Shown piece by piece: positions 1 through 10,194 of a stretch of DNA of 64,000 nt. Where the stretch lies: the NCBI GenBank assembly GCA_052426225.1, contig JBNJNM010000012.1, positions 868,001 to 932,000 of the forward strand, given 5' to 3'. How positions within the stretch are numbered: the stretch's first letter is position 1; each line of letters opens with the position of its first letter. The position numbers were made by a program, and so were the translations under genes. The stretch is from Zancudomyces culisetae HAW-14-8. Lineage: Eukaryota; Fungi; Kickxellomycota. Under the pieces are notes generated by a model. It was not told where the DNA came from. It searched no databases and saw nothing but the letters and a program-made list of their open reading frames with translations.

Positions 1-373
1 TAAGGATAGCCATGATCTAGATATTTAGCCAATTGATCTTTATTTTATAAATCCCTTGACCTCATACATTGATTGTATACATTTCTAAAATATTTAGTAC
101 CATACTAGCTACGAATATGTATGAAAAACCTACCTTTTCAAGAACTGTATCATTATTGCTATTCAGTTTGTTCAAGAGTGGAACCAGAAAAGTTTCCAAA
201 AAAGACTCTAGCTTATCTCCTGTATTTGAAAGTGCCAGTTTATATTCCACAGCCTCCAGTAATTCTATTTTTATGGCGAGTTTATATCAGGGAATTCAAA
301 TAGGAGAAAAAGTATGAGTGTCGCTATAACTATGTAGTGTTAATTACTCACCAATTTCTTTATCCTGTTCCAT
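1..373 (-). CDS. ECM29: Proteasome adaptor/scaffold ECM29, 5' part (runs off the window start)
   Basis: Exons 373-352, 264-134 and 16->1, joined over GT-AG introns, give MEQDKEIELLEAVEYKLALSNTGDKLESFLETFLVPLLNKLNSNNDTVLEKIMAIL, resembling the Ecm29 N-terminus. Confidence 0.8.
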
Positions 374-1051
374 TTCCTATGCGTATTTACCTGTTGAAAT
401 GTTAATATGTTAATAATATGTTTTATTAGCTAGGATAAAAGTAAATATAAAATACCAAAATATATATATGAACTCTCTAAATATACTACATTTGAATTGA
501 CTCTGAAATTCACAAATGCCAAAAATTATGCTAACGTAATCAATACAATTGGGCTGTTTAAATTAAGCGTTAATTGCTTGGCTAATTTCATTGATAGATT
601 GATCGCCAACATTATTAGGGTAATTCAAAAAACGAGGAACTAAAAGGAACACTCAAGATGAAGTAGAACAAAGTGATAAAACAAACCGCAATACTAATAT
701 CTGAATACAGGCAGAAAAAAATTGAGGTATACCACTTTTGGAGCTTCTGAAAACGTACATCAGTAATATATCACGCAGAAAATCATCAAGCTACAGACAT
801 TTCCAATAATAGAGGCAAGAATAATCTATAATACAGATCTGTATTACAAAGTCAAATAGTAATCTAAAGGATAAAGTCGAGTTTGAAAATACTACGAACC
901 AAATATTGTAATAAATAAAATTAATAAATTAAAATAAAACAATAAAGTACAATAATAACAATGGGCAAAAAAGAGTAGAAAGGGAAAGAAAGAACAGAAA
1001 AAAAGCAAAAACTAAAAAAGCAACAAAAAGTATTGAGAATATGAAAAAAGT

Positions 1052-1124
1052 TAGAGCTATTGGGGATCGAACCCAAGACCTTCTGCGTGTAAAGCAGACG
1101 TGATAGCCACTACACCATAGCTCT
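1052..1124 (-). tRNA. tRNA-Val(TAC), copy 1
   Basis: 73-nt cloverleaf: acceptor AGAGCTA/TAGCTCT, anticodon arm TCTGC-TTTACAC-GCAGA, T arm TTGGG-TTCGATC-CCCAA. A T6 terminator follows at 1044-1049. Confidence 0.95.
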
Positions 1125-1127
1125 ATT

Positions 1128-1209
1128 CGTCACCTGCAGGATTCGAACCTGCGCTCCCAAAGGGAAATGGCTTAGCAGGCCACCGCGTTAACCACTCCGC
1201 CAAAGTGAC
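1128..1209 (-). tRNA. tRNA-Ser(GCT), copy 1, intronless
   Basis: 82 nt: acceptor GTCACTT/AGGTGAC plus G73, anticodon loop CT-GCT-AA, long variable arm CCCTTTGGG, GGTTCGAATCC B box. Confidence 0.95.
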
Positions 1210-3724
1210 TTACTTTTTTTCAACTACCTAAAAACTACCTATTACATGTATATCTACTTGTGTATTTGCTATTTTGTAATGGTAATATATCTGGTGTTTA
1301 CTATTGTTTCATTGGTATAAATACTGCTTGTATACATATTTATTGTTGTATAGCAGCTTTTGTATGTATTGGAAGCGTTTATGCTATTTTAGTACTAATT
1401 GTGTGGGTATATATATACTCTTAGTTTCAATTTTTTGTATAGTGCTGTTACTAGATAGACTTTGTAGAAACACTTTATATTGTGTGGTATTGTAGTGTCA
1501 AGATCGATTATAAGGGTGATAACACAGTAGATAAATAAAAGAATGAGTATATTAAATACTTTTTATTTTTTCATTCAAATTATTGTGATTATAAAAGATT
1601 GAATTACAAATCAATTACTCTTTATTTAGCTAAAGCTCGCTGAAGTACATATGTTTATAAATATGATTCTCACTTTGACTAGACTGTTATAACAGCCTTA
1701 CATTTTAATTTTCAGTTATTTTCATAAAAATTACTATATTTATATTTATTCAATGAAGCATTAACAGTATTTTCTTGAATAATTAAAATTATCTACTATT
1801 TATGCAAGATAACTATTAACTAGTTTAAACTTATCTAGTCTTTTCTGTTTTGTAACTCTGAGATAGAGCTATAAAATAGTTCTAGTTAAACAAGCAGTAT
1901 TAAGGATGAAATATGATTTTCTCACTTTAATAGAAGAATGTCATTTAACTGTAACAGTACTACATATTTTATAGGTAAATATTAAATTCTAGTCTCAATA
2001 AACACATATTGCTTGATGAGATTGATATTGATTAAAATTTTGGAAACCAAAAAGTATATAAATATACACATTGCTCACTCGAACCCAATAAACACGCCAA
2101 AGCAAATTTTCGATTATCTGCTAGTACAATGTTCTATTCTAACTCTTAACCTTTGCACAAAATGCAATATTTTTGTTTTTTTTTGTACAACGGATCTATT
2201 AAATAAATTAAGAAAAAAACTACAGAGAATAAACAACCTACATAATACATATCTAGCCAATTCATCTCCATACCACTTGAAATTTTATATCCACTGGGTG
2301 AATTTAAACAAAGATAATACTCTGGAAACCTTGATAAAGTATGTGTAGAGTTTTTATTTTTAAATTTATTATGTGTTTACAACTTTACAGCTAGTAAATA
2401 CAATTTCGATTTTGTTTCCCAAATCATCCAAATGGCCGACTTTCTGAATTAAAATTCATTTTACTTAATCCTGGTCAAGCTCTAGCTTATTTACACAAAG
2501 GAAAATTTTTTTGTATTATAATGGGTGTTTGTGCTTCAATATTAGCCTCAAAAACTTTAATGTCTCAACTCTGAGTATCACTAATTTTTTGCAACATTAA
2601 AAGCTATTTAAGCCGCTCAACTCATCGCTGAAATAATTTTGAATATCTCATGATACCTTTTCATGAAAAAGACAAAATGGAGTTAGTTAGAGGATTAATA
2701 TTACGAATATCGAGGGAATACTAAGCATCGGCTATGGGGTGTTATCTCACCACTACTACGTGTCAGATTTGAGCATAAAAGCTCTTCAGCTTGTAACACT
2801 ATAGGTTATTACCAGTTACATATAAAAAAATGTAGCTATATAGGATATGTAAAAATTGCTATACATGTGTGCTATTAATGACAATGTGTACATTTTTACG
2901 ACTGGTCTACGCTGGATTTATTCAACCATTTTGGTACAATTATAACAAATGATTGTTTTTTTTGTTTTGGTATGTTACCATAAAACCATATTATCTTTAA
3001 AAGTACTTTGCTAAATTATATCTATTACTAAAAACGATCTATACAACCAAATGATAGATAATGTATCTATAACTATTACAACTATTTCTAGAGTAAATGT
3101 GGTTTACAATTAAGCTCTTTAAAATTATAGAAGGTTGATCGTGAAAATTAGTACTAGTATAATCAATGAAGAAGTCAACACGAAAAATAGAAGATCAACT
3201 GAAATGACAAATAGTACATATAATTAATTGAAGTAGTAGTAGAGAATAAAATTATGCGATTATTCCAATTATATGATTTTCCAGCTGAGTGTGTTTTGTT
3301 TACTTTTATAATTTAGACTTTTGGTGTTTAATTTATAACCTATTCAAATTGGCTAAGTATTAAGTTCTGACACTTTTTCTGTTAAATTTGGGTATAACTT
3401 ATGTATAAACATGGTCTTTTGAACTATTATAGTAAATTCTTTGTTCAGCTTTGTTTAAAATACGAGTCAAACAAAGTGCAGTAAAATCATTTTTTTAAAA
3501 ATAATGCTAAAAAGTACCAATATAAGGTATAAATTTAGCCCAGTAAATGCAATATTACACCAACATAAATAAAACCTCAATTAACGTTGTAACATCAATT
3601 TAGGGTAATAAACGAAATAATATTATGCAAAATAATATAATCGGAAAAATAAATATTTAGAAGGATTAGTTATCTTAAAACGCAAAGCATCCAGGTAAAT
3701 TAAATAGTTAAATATAAATATTAG

Positions 3725-4078
3725 TAAATAAAAAAGTAATTATTATCCACAGTTAATTTTATCTACCGAGCTATCACCCTTATAATTCATTTTGACACTA
3801 CAATACCACACAATATAATGTATTTCTACAAAGTCTAACTAGTAACAACACTATACAAAAAATTGAAACCAAGAGTATATACATGCCCACACAATTAGTA
3901 CTAAAATAGTATAAACGCTTCCAATACATACAAAAGCTGCTATACAACAATAAATATGTATACAAGCAGTATTTATACCAATGAAACAATAGTAAACACC
4001 AGATATATTACCATTACAAAATAGCAAATACACAAGTAGATATACATGTAATAGGTAGTTTTTAGGTAGTTGAAAAAA
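3725..4078. repeat. Second copy of the tRNA upstream flank (no tRNA follows it)
   Basis: Inverted relative to 1215-1570. The proximal ~180 bp has 1 mismatch to the left arm, and the next 135 bp has about 13 mismatches. Confidence 0.9.
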
Positions 4079-4645
4079 TGTTGTATGCAAAAGCATCAAC
4101 TTAAATTTACCGCTTTCATTGCAGCAAAATAGCAGAGAAATCAATTTTGAAAAAATTGTTTCCTGCGCAACTCAATTTAGAGTACAAAAATTATGACCAT
4201 GTCATAAATTTTTGTCAATTGTACAGCCAATTTAATAGTACAAATCGATTTATTTTTTAATCGAATCGATTTTATACTTTATTAGTGGATTTATTTTTAA
4301 TCAATTTTATTAGTAAATTATTAGTATAAATTGAAAAAATTTGTAAATCCGACCAAAACCACACTAAAAGTAAAAATAAACATATATAGAGAGGCGTAAT
4401 ACTATTTTTTTAGTGTAAGGAAAGGGCCATTTTGGCTATATTTTCCAGGTTTTGGGAGGAATTCTTTTAAATAAAATTATTTTTACCAAAAATTGTGGAA
4501 ATTGTCCAGTTGTGTTCTTTCCGAGGGGGTTTTATAGATAGTGGTTAACTGGCTAGAAATGGTAAATCCTGTGTCAGTAATAACCACCCTTCTAGGGAAC
4601 CGTGATTGATATTAGTGGAAGTTTTTTGGGAAAATCCTATTGGAC
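4079..4645. mobile_element. Putative truncated LTR of a second retroelement family
   Basis: Interrupts the flank in the same A-run where the intact element inserted. Begins TGTTGTAT (the intact LTR begins TGTCGTAT), with a terminal hairpin GTTGTATGC-AAAA-GCATCAAC. No closing CA, TSD or coding remnant seen. Confidence 0.5.
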
Positions 4646-4829
4646 TAGTACTAAAATAGCATAAACGCTTCCAATACATACAAAAGCTGCTATACAACAA
4701 TAAATATGTATACAAGCAGTATTTATACCAATGAAACAATAGTAAACACCAGATATATTACCATTACAAAATAGCAAATACACAGGTAGATATACATGTA
4801 ATAGGTAGTTTTTAGGTAGTTGAAAAAAA
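4646..4829. repeat. Third copy of the tRNA upstream flank (184 bp)
   Basis: Direct repeat of 3896-4078 (2 substitutions) and inverted repeat of 1214-1397 (1 substitution). Starts at the palindrome TAGTACTA. Confidence 0.95.
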
Positions 4830-5153
4830 TGTCGTATAGAAATACGATTAGAAGGATAAGGGGAATTAGTCCCCGGTTTTATTTAAGTTGTTTTTAGTTA
4901 TATTTATATGTTTAGATTGGACCTTTTTCCCCTTGTGGTTTTGTCCAATGGTTTTTTATTAGTTAGTTATTTTAGTTTAATTAGTCAAATATTTGGGGGT
5001 TAAATGAAGCTCCCACTTGGAAGAAAAAATAAAATCATCTTTATTCACAATTAGAAAAACAGTCTATTCTAGTAAAAGTTTATTATTAGTATTATAAAAT
5101 AATACGATACAGTAAACCAAATTAAAATATATAACTATACTTTTTATTCATCA
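4830..5153 (+). repeat. 5' LTR
   Basis: TGTCGTATAG...TTATTCATCA; no mismatch to 9703-10026 found by eye. Confidence 0.97.
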
Positions 5154-5154
5154 G

Positions 5155-5172
5155 TGGCGCTCCCAGCTAGGC
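5155..5172 (+). promoter_or_regulatory. Primer-binding site
   Basis: TGGCGCTCCCAGCTAGGC, 1 nt after the LTR. Complementary to a tRNA 3' end ...CTAGC-TGGGAGC-G-CCA (G73, invariant C61). The cognate tRNA is not in the window; Arg or Lys are plausible. Confidence 0.85.
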
Positions 5173-5206
5173 GTTAGACTGAAGCTCGGTTGTATGAAAG
5201 ATCAAA

Positions 5207-8200
5207 ATGGATAATCTACATTTATTTGAGGCAGCTACAGGAGAGGATCCTGAGGAATGGGTCGCAAGTTTTGAATTGGTAGCTAAGCTTAATAAGTGGG
5301 ATGCAGCAAATTGGGTGGAGTTTATACAACTATATCTTGGAAAGATAGAAAAATTATGGTATAAAAGGAACAAGGCTACATTTGAAGATTGGGCAGATTT
5401 TAAAATGAAATTTAAAGATAATTTTAGGATTAAAGAACAGAGATTCGAATATTTTGAGAAGCTTAAGGAGATTAAACAATCAAAATTTGAGACTATCGAA
5501 GAGTTTGAGTTTAAACTGGAAGAGATTTTGGAGAATGCAGGTATCAAGATAGATTCGGATAAAGTGGACTGGTTACTAAGTGCCTTAAACTTAGATGCTA
5601 GGACCGCAGTAAAAGAGTATGGAGCTAAAACATGGCAGGAGATAATACAGTTTTTAAAGAAGTTTAAAACATCTAATCCGGGCTCAGTGGAGGATTCAAA
5701 TAGAGATTCAAATACCACCATACAACCAAAAGTTAAAACTGCAGTTAGAGGCAAGTCAATAAAACAGATGACAAATGAACATCTGGGGTATGAACAAATG
5801 GTGAAGAAGTGGGATGAGCTGAGTTTAAACTTGCTAAACAAAGTCGATCAAGTCATTGAGCAGAGGTTGAGAAATCAAAACAGACGATTTAGGAGTGACC
5901 AACCAAGAGTAATGAAGTGTTACTACTGTCACCAGGAAGGGCATCGGAAATATGAATGTGTAAGGTTTCGTGAGGCGGAAAATCAAGTACACAGCAAAGG
6001 TACAGACGTTAATATGATAGATATCCAGGACAGACCCGTAGAAAGAAGCGAAGTATTAGCAGTAGCCCGGCAGACAGCACAAACTAAACCAGAGAAGCCG
6101 TATAGCAGAGCAGCTAGTTACACCAGGATAGTGCCAAGAGCCGAGGGCACAAATCAAGTTAGGCCAAGGACAGTGGAGATGTTGGTGGACAAAGAAATGG
6201 AAGAGACACCAGCTAAGCAGAAGGTTACAGCCAAGGACAAAGTAAACGCAGTAGCAAAGCCAGTGGGTAAGGTCATGAGTAGTAAGACGCAAAGTGAAGA
6301 AGAAAACGGTCAAGGTTCACAAAGAGTCAGGAGCAAAGGAGTTTTAAAAATGGCCGAAGGTATAGAACCTTTTTCACTCAAGGAGCAGCTCGCAAAGTGG
6401 CGTCCTGACATAAGCCTACCTCAGTTAATGGAGATTTCGCCAAGTCTGACAACCGAAATGAGTAATCTATGCAAGAGAACAAAAAATGCTGAGCTAAACG
6501 AAATTAGACTAGAAGTACCAAGGATCACTAACTGTAAGATAATGGTAAAAATATTTGATAACGAATTTTGTGCAGTTGTAGATACAGGTGCCGCGTGTTC
6601 CGTGGCCACGCCAAGTCTATTGGACGAATGGGGTTTAATCGCAGAAGAGGAAAGTGACCAAATCATTGTTACTGCCGACGGGAAAAGGCACTACTCTTTG
6701 GGACGGGTAAATGAAGTGCCACTAATTATAGGAAGGTATCAGTTTCAGGTAAATGTAACTATCATGGAGAGAAGCGACAACACGTTGATTTTAGGCACTG
6801 ACTGGCTTCTAGAACACCAGGCACATATTGACTTGAAGAGTTCGGAGATGAGATTACCAATTGGTAACATGATGCTAATAGTACCGTTGTATACAACTTC
6901 TGGAAATGCCAGTGAGGAGTTTGAGACCTCGGAAGTTTACTACATGATCAAAGCACCTAGTATAGAGCAAACAACCGAAGAAGGATATGAGGACAAGCGG
7001 TTTGAGGAGATGCTAGAAAAAAATGTGGATCTCTTTGCAGAAGAGATAGATGACCTGACCCAAACACACGTAACAGAACATCGAATAGTGTTGAACGAAT
7101 CTACCCCTATCAAGCAGAAGCCCTATCGGATACCGCACCACCTACTCCAACAAGTCCGAAACGAGCTAAAGACAATGGAAACCAATGGCGTTATATCTCC
7201 GTGCGTATCAGAGTGGTGTTCGCCAGTCGTAGCTGTCTGGAAAAAAAATGGAAAGCTACGTATCTGCGCGGACTACAGGAAACTAAACAGCGTAACTAAA
7301 AAAGATTGTTACCCTTTACCGACCATCGAGGATATCTTTATGACACTGTCCGGGTCCAAGATATTTAGCAGCTTGGATGCCCGCAGTGGATTTTGGCAGA
7401 TTAGGATGAACTTGGAGGACAGAGACAAGACAGCATTTTCGATTCCTGGGAGCGGCAGCTACTGTTATAATGTCATGCCATTTGGCTTGAGTAACAGCCC
7501 CGCTTCATTTCAGAGATTAATGGAACAGGCATTATCCCCAGTGCTCTGGAAGACAGCGGTAGTCTTCATCGACGACATAATTATATTCTCGGAGACATTA
7601 GATCAACACTTAGCGGATCTACAAGAAGTATTCAACTTACTGAGAGAGAGTCAAGTACAGTTACATAAAGGGAAATGCAAGTTAGGGATGAAGAGATTGG
7701 AATATCTAGGGCACGTAATCTCAACGGAGGGAATAAGCACGAGTCCTAGTAAGATATCAGCAATGATGGAAACAAAGGAGCCTACATCGGTCAAAGAGTT
7801 GCAAGCATTCCTAGGACTAACGGGATACTACCGTAAGTTTGTAGTAGGGTACGCTACAACAGTTGCTCCTCTACTTAAGCTGCTGAAGAAGAATTGTGTG
7901 TGGTCCTGGACAGAGGAATGTAGTGGTGCAGTGAAGGAGTTAAAAGATAAACTATGCGAGGCACCCACACTCTCACATCCAGATTGGAGCAGAGAGTTTA
8001 TAGTTACGACTGATGCTAGCGTACAAGGAGTAGGTGCCATACTGTCACAGCAATTTCAAGAAGGAGAACGACCAATATCATATGTTAGCAGAATAACTAA
8101 CCAGCACGAGAAAAACTACTCCGTTTCGCATCTCGAAGGACTGGCCGTGATCTGGGCCGTTAGCAAGTTCAAGTATTATTTATATGGTAAACATTTCGTT

Positions 8201-9712
8201 ATAAGAACCGATCATAAATCCCTTATACAATTATTTAATAGCAAAGATATCACGGGAAGAGTGGCACGGTGGGCCATGATTCTCAGGAATTATGACTACA
8301 CCATTGTGCACATAGAAGGAAAGTCGAATCCAGCCGACGCATTGTCGCGATTGGACGGACAAAAAGATAAAAGTACAGAAGAAGCAATAGACGTATTTGC
8401 AATGGACTATTTATATTATTCAGCAATCAAAGATTATTTGGAAAATTATAATTATCCATCAGGTGCAGACGAAGGGTTTAGGAAAAAACTTCGCAACAAA
8501 GCTAGCAAATACATTTTGAAGGATGAGCTACTATACCGGAAATCTAAAGGCGTCTTAAAAGAAGTACTGCATGAGAAAAACATCAAAGAGTCAATAAAAA
8601 AGATACACGAAGAATCCCATCTAGGTATTGAAAACACATGGAGAGTGGCGGCTCAAAAGTATTCAGGAGAAGGACTGTACGAAGTAGTTAAACGTGTGGT
8701 AATGGAGTGTTTAAACTGTCAGTATTACAAAGGCAATAGAGAGAAGAGGAGCAAGTTAAACCCGATTGTAGGAAGAGAGCCATTCGAGATATTCGGATTA
8801 GATGCGGTGGGGCCAATTAACCCCGTTTCCGCATCAGGAAACAGATTCATCTTGACAGGTATCGACTACCTAACCAAGTGGCCAGTTGCTCAAGCGGTAA
8901 GTAACATTAGGTCCGAAACCATTGTCAATTTTATTATAACTAAGATAGTTCAGAACTTCGGAGTGCCCAAGCAGATTATAACCGATCGAGGATCAGGATT
9001 TTTAGGTGATGTGGCCCTCAAAGTATACGAATTTTTGCAAATTCGGCACACACCCACGACATCATATAGGCCGCAGTCAAACGGGCAGGTTGAGAGGCTC
9101 AACCAGACCCTCAAGAACGTGTTAGTTAAACAGTGTATGCACGATAAGGAAAATTGGGATGCCTATTTATGGAAATCTCTCTTAGCAGTTCGTACAATGA
9201 GGAACAGAGTAACACAGCTTAGTCCAGCAGAGTTACTATACGGAGTTAAACTCACGACGCCTACAATTTGGACACCACCTCCAGAAGTAGATAACTTCGA
9301 TATGGCCATCAAAGAAAGGATTGAGAACATTAAAACTGATATTGAGGAATTGAGAGGAATTGGATTGGAAAACAGTATCAAAGCAAAAGAGAAGGAGAAG
9401 ATAATATATGACAAACGGGTAGTGGAATTTAGATTCAAGGTGAACGACTTAGTAATGAAGGCAAACGAACAACAGTTAAGCAAGCTAGAAAGATTATGGG
9501 AAGGCCCATACAAGGTAGAGCGAGTACTAAGGTACGGTACATATGTGATCTCAGATAACGAAGGAAATCGCGATCTAGTGCACGGCGATATGCTCAAAGC
9601 TTTCCATTACAGTCAGTTTATGGTACCGGAAGTATCCGTAACCCTCAAGTCAAAGTTGAAACGGTTTAGGGAGCGTGTGAGTCCAATCTGGGGTCGGGGT
9701 TCTGTCGTATAG
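5207..9712 (+). CDS. Gag-Pol polyprotein, single ORF, 1501 aa
   Basis: CCHC knuckle CYYCHQEGHRKYEC; protease AVVDTGAACS; RT LRICADYRKLN, MPFGL, FIDDII; RNase H TDAS and NPADALSR; integrase HHCC, GLDAVGP, ITDRGS, SNGQVERLN and GPY/F (WEGPYKV). No chromodomain visible. Confidence 0.98.
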   Translation: MDNLHLFEAATGEDPEEWVASFELVAKLNKWDAANWVEFIQLYLGKIEKLWYKRNKATFEDWADFKMKFKDNFRIKEQRFEYFEKLKEIKQSKFETIEEFEFKLEEILENAGIKIDSDKVDWLLSALNLDARTAVKEYGAKTWQEIIQFLKKFKTSNPGSVEDSNRDSNTTIQPKVKTAVRGKSIKQMTNEHLGYEQMVKKWDELSLNLLNKVDQVIEQRLRNQNRRFRSDQPRVMKCYYCHQEGHRKYECVRFREAENQVHSKGTDVNMIDIQDRPVERSEVLAVARQTAQTKPEKPYSRAASYTRIVPRAEGTNQVRPRTVEMLVDKEMEETPAKQKVTAKDKVNAVAKPVGKVMSSKTQSEEENGQGSQRVRSKGVLKMAEGIEPFSLKEQLAKWRPDISLPQLMEISPSLTTEMSNLCKRTKNAELNEIRLEVPRITNCKIMVKIFDNEFCAVVDTGAACSVATPSLLDEWGLIAEEESDQIIVTADGKRHYSLGRVNEVPLIIGRYQFQVNVTIMERSDNTLILGTDWLLEHQAHIDLKSSEMRLPIGNMMLIVPLYTTSGNASEEFETSEVYYMIKAPSIEQTTEEGYEDKRFEEMLEKNVDLFAEEIDDLTQTHVTEHRIVLNESTPIKQKPYRIPHHLLQQVRNELKTMETNGVISPCVSEWCSPVVAVWKKNGKLRICADYRKLNSVTKKDCYPLPTIEDIFMTLSGSKIFSSLDARSGFWQIRMNLEDRDKTAFSIPGSGSYCYNVMPFGLSNSPASFQRLMEQALSPVLWKTAVVFIDDIIIFSETLDQHLADLQEVFNLLRESQVQLHKGKCKLGMKRLEYLGHVISTEGISTSPSKISAMMETKEPTSVKELQAFLGLTGYYRKFVVGYATTVAPLLKLLKKNCVWSWTEECSGAVKELKDKLCEAPTLSHPDWSREFIVTTDASVQGVGAILSQQFQEGERPISYVSRITNQHEKNYSVSHLEGLAVIWAVSKFKYYLYGKHFVIRTDHKSLIQLFNSKDITGRVARWAMILRNYDYTIVHIEGKSNPADALSRLDGQKDKSTEEAIDVFAMDYLYYSAIKDYLENYNYPSGADEGFRKKLRNKASKYILKDELLYRKSKGVLKEVLHEKNIKESIKKIHEESHLGIENTWRVAAQKYSGEGLYEVVKRVVMECLNCQYYKGNREKRSKLNPIVGREPFEIFGLDAVGPINPVSASGNRFILTGIDYLTKWPVAQAVSNIRSETIVNFIITKIVQNFGVPKQIITDRGSGFLGDVALKVYEFLQIRHTPTTSYRPQSNGQVERLNQTLKNVLVKQCMHDKENWDAYLWKSLLAVRTMRNRVTQLSPAELLYGVKLTTPTIWTPPPEVDNFDMAIKERIENIKTDIEELRGIGLENSIKAKEKEKIIYDKRVVEFRFKVNDLVMKANEQQLSKLERLWEGPYKVERVLRYGTYVISDNEGNRDLVHGDMLKAFHYSQFMVPEVSVTLKSKLKRFRERVSPIWGRGSVV
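9690..9699 (+). promoter_or_regulatory. Polypurine-tract-like element
   Basis: GGGGTCGGGG, 3 nt before the 3' LTR and inside the ORF. Confidence 0.7.
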
Positions 9713-10026
9713 AAATACGATTAGAAGGATAAGGGGAATTAGTCCCCGGTTTTATTTAAGTTGTTTTTAGTTATATTTATATGTTTAGATTGGACCTTTT
9801 TCCCCTTGTGGTTTTGTCCAATGGTTTTTTATTAGTTAGTTATTTTAGTTTAATTAGTCAAATATTTGGGGGTTAAATGAAGCTCCCACTTGGAAGAAAA
9901 AATAAAATCATCTTTATTCACAATTAGAAAAACAGTCTATTCTAGTAAAAGTTTATTATTAGTATTATAAAATAATACGATACAGTAAACCAAATTAAAA
10001 TATATAACTATACTTTTTATTCATCA
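9703..10026 (+). repeat. 3' LTR
   Basis: Copy of 4830-5153; contains the ORF stop codon (9710-9712). Confidence 0.97.
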
Positions 10027-10034
10027 AAAAGTAA

Positions 10035-10116
10035 GTCACTTTGGCGGAGTGGTTAACGCGGTGGCCTGCTAAGCCATTTCCCTTTGGGAGCGCAGGTTCG
10101 AATCCTGCAGGTGACG
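10035..10116 (+). tRNA. tRNA-Ser(GCT), copy 2
   Basis: Same sequence as 1128-1209(-). Confidence 0.95.
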
Positions 10117-10119
10117 AAT

Positions 10120-10192
10120 AGAGCTATGGTGTAGTGGCTATCACGTCTGCTTTACACGCAGAAGGTCTTGGGTTCGATCCCCAATAGCTCTA
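10120..10192 (+). tRNA. tRNA-Val(TAC), copy 2
   Basis: Same sequence as 1052-1124(-); starts after a 3-nt spacer following tRNA-Ser. Confidence 0.95.
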
Positions 10193-10194
10193 AC

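Larger units (their letters stand above)
902..1570. repeat. Left arm of an inverted duplication (tRNA pair plus flanks)
   Basis: 902-1217 is the reverse complement of 10027-10342 (1 mismatch seen). 1221-1535 is the reverse complement of ~3758-4072, and weak similarity continues to ~1570/~3725. Confidence 0.95.
4830..10026 (+). mobile_element. Full-length Ty3/gypsy (Metaviridae) LTR retrotransposon, 5197 bp
   Basis: Two 324-bp TG...CA LTRs, a PBS, a G-rich PPT, an intact ORF with domain order PR-RT-RH-IN, and an apparent 4-bp AAAA target duplication. Confidence 0.98.

Noticed and set aside
1304-4739. Three near-identical short ORFs (MFHWYKYCLY...) at 1304, 3798 and 4545
   Set aside because: They are chance frames, with non-ATG starts, in the triplicated non-coding tRNA flank, not a peptide family.
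5157-5165. 9-nt complementarity between the PBS (GCGCTCCCA) and the variable-arm/T-stem of the neighbouring tRNA-Ser (TGGGAGCGC, 10085-10093), suggesting priming by a fragment of the target tRNA
   Set aside because: The PBS starts with TGG and fits a normal CCA 3' end with G73 and C61 over 18 nt, so canonical priming by another tRNA is simpler. Revisit only if no genomic tRNA matches the PBS.
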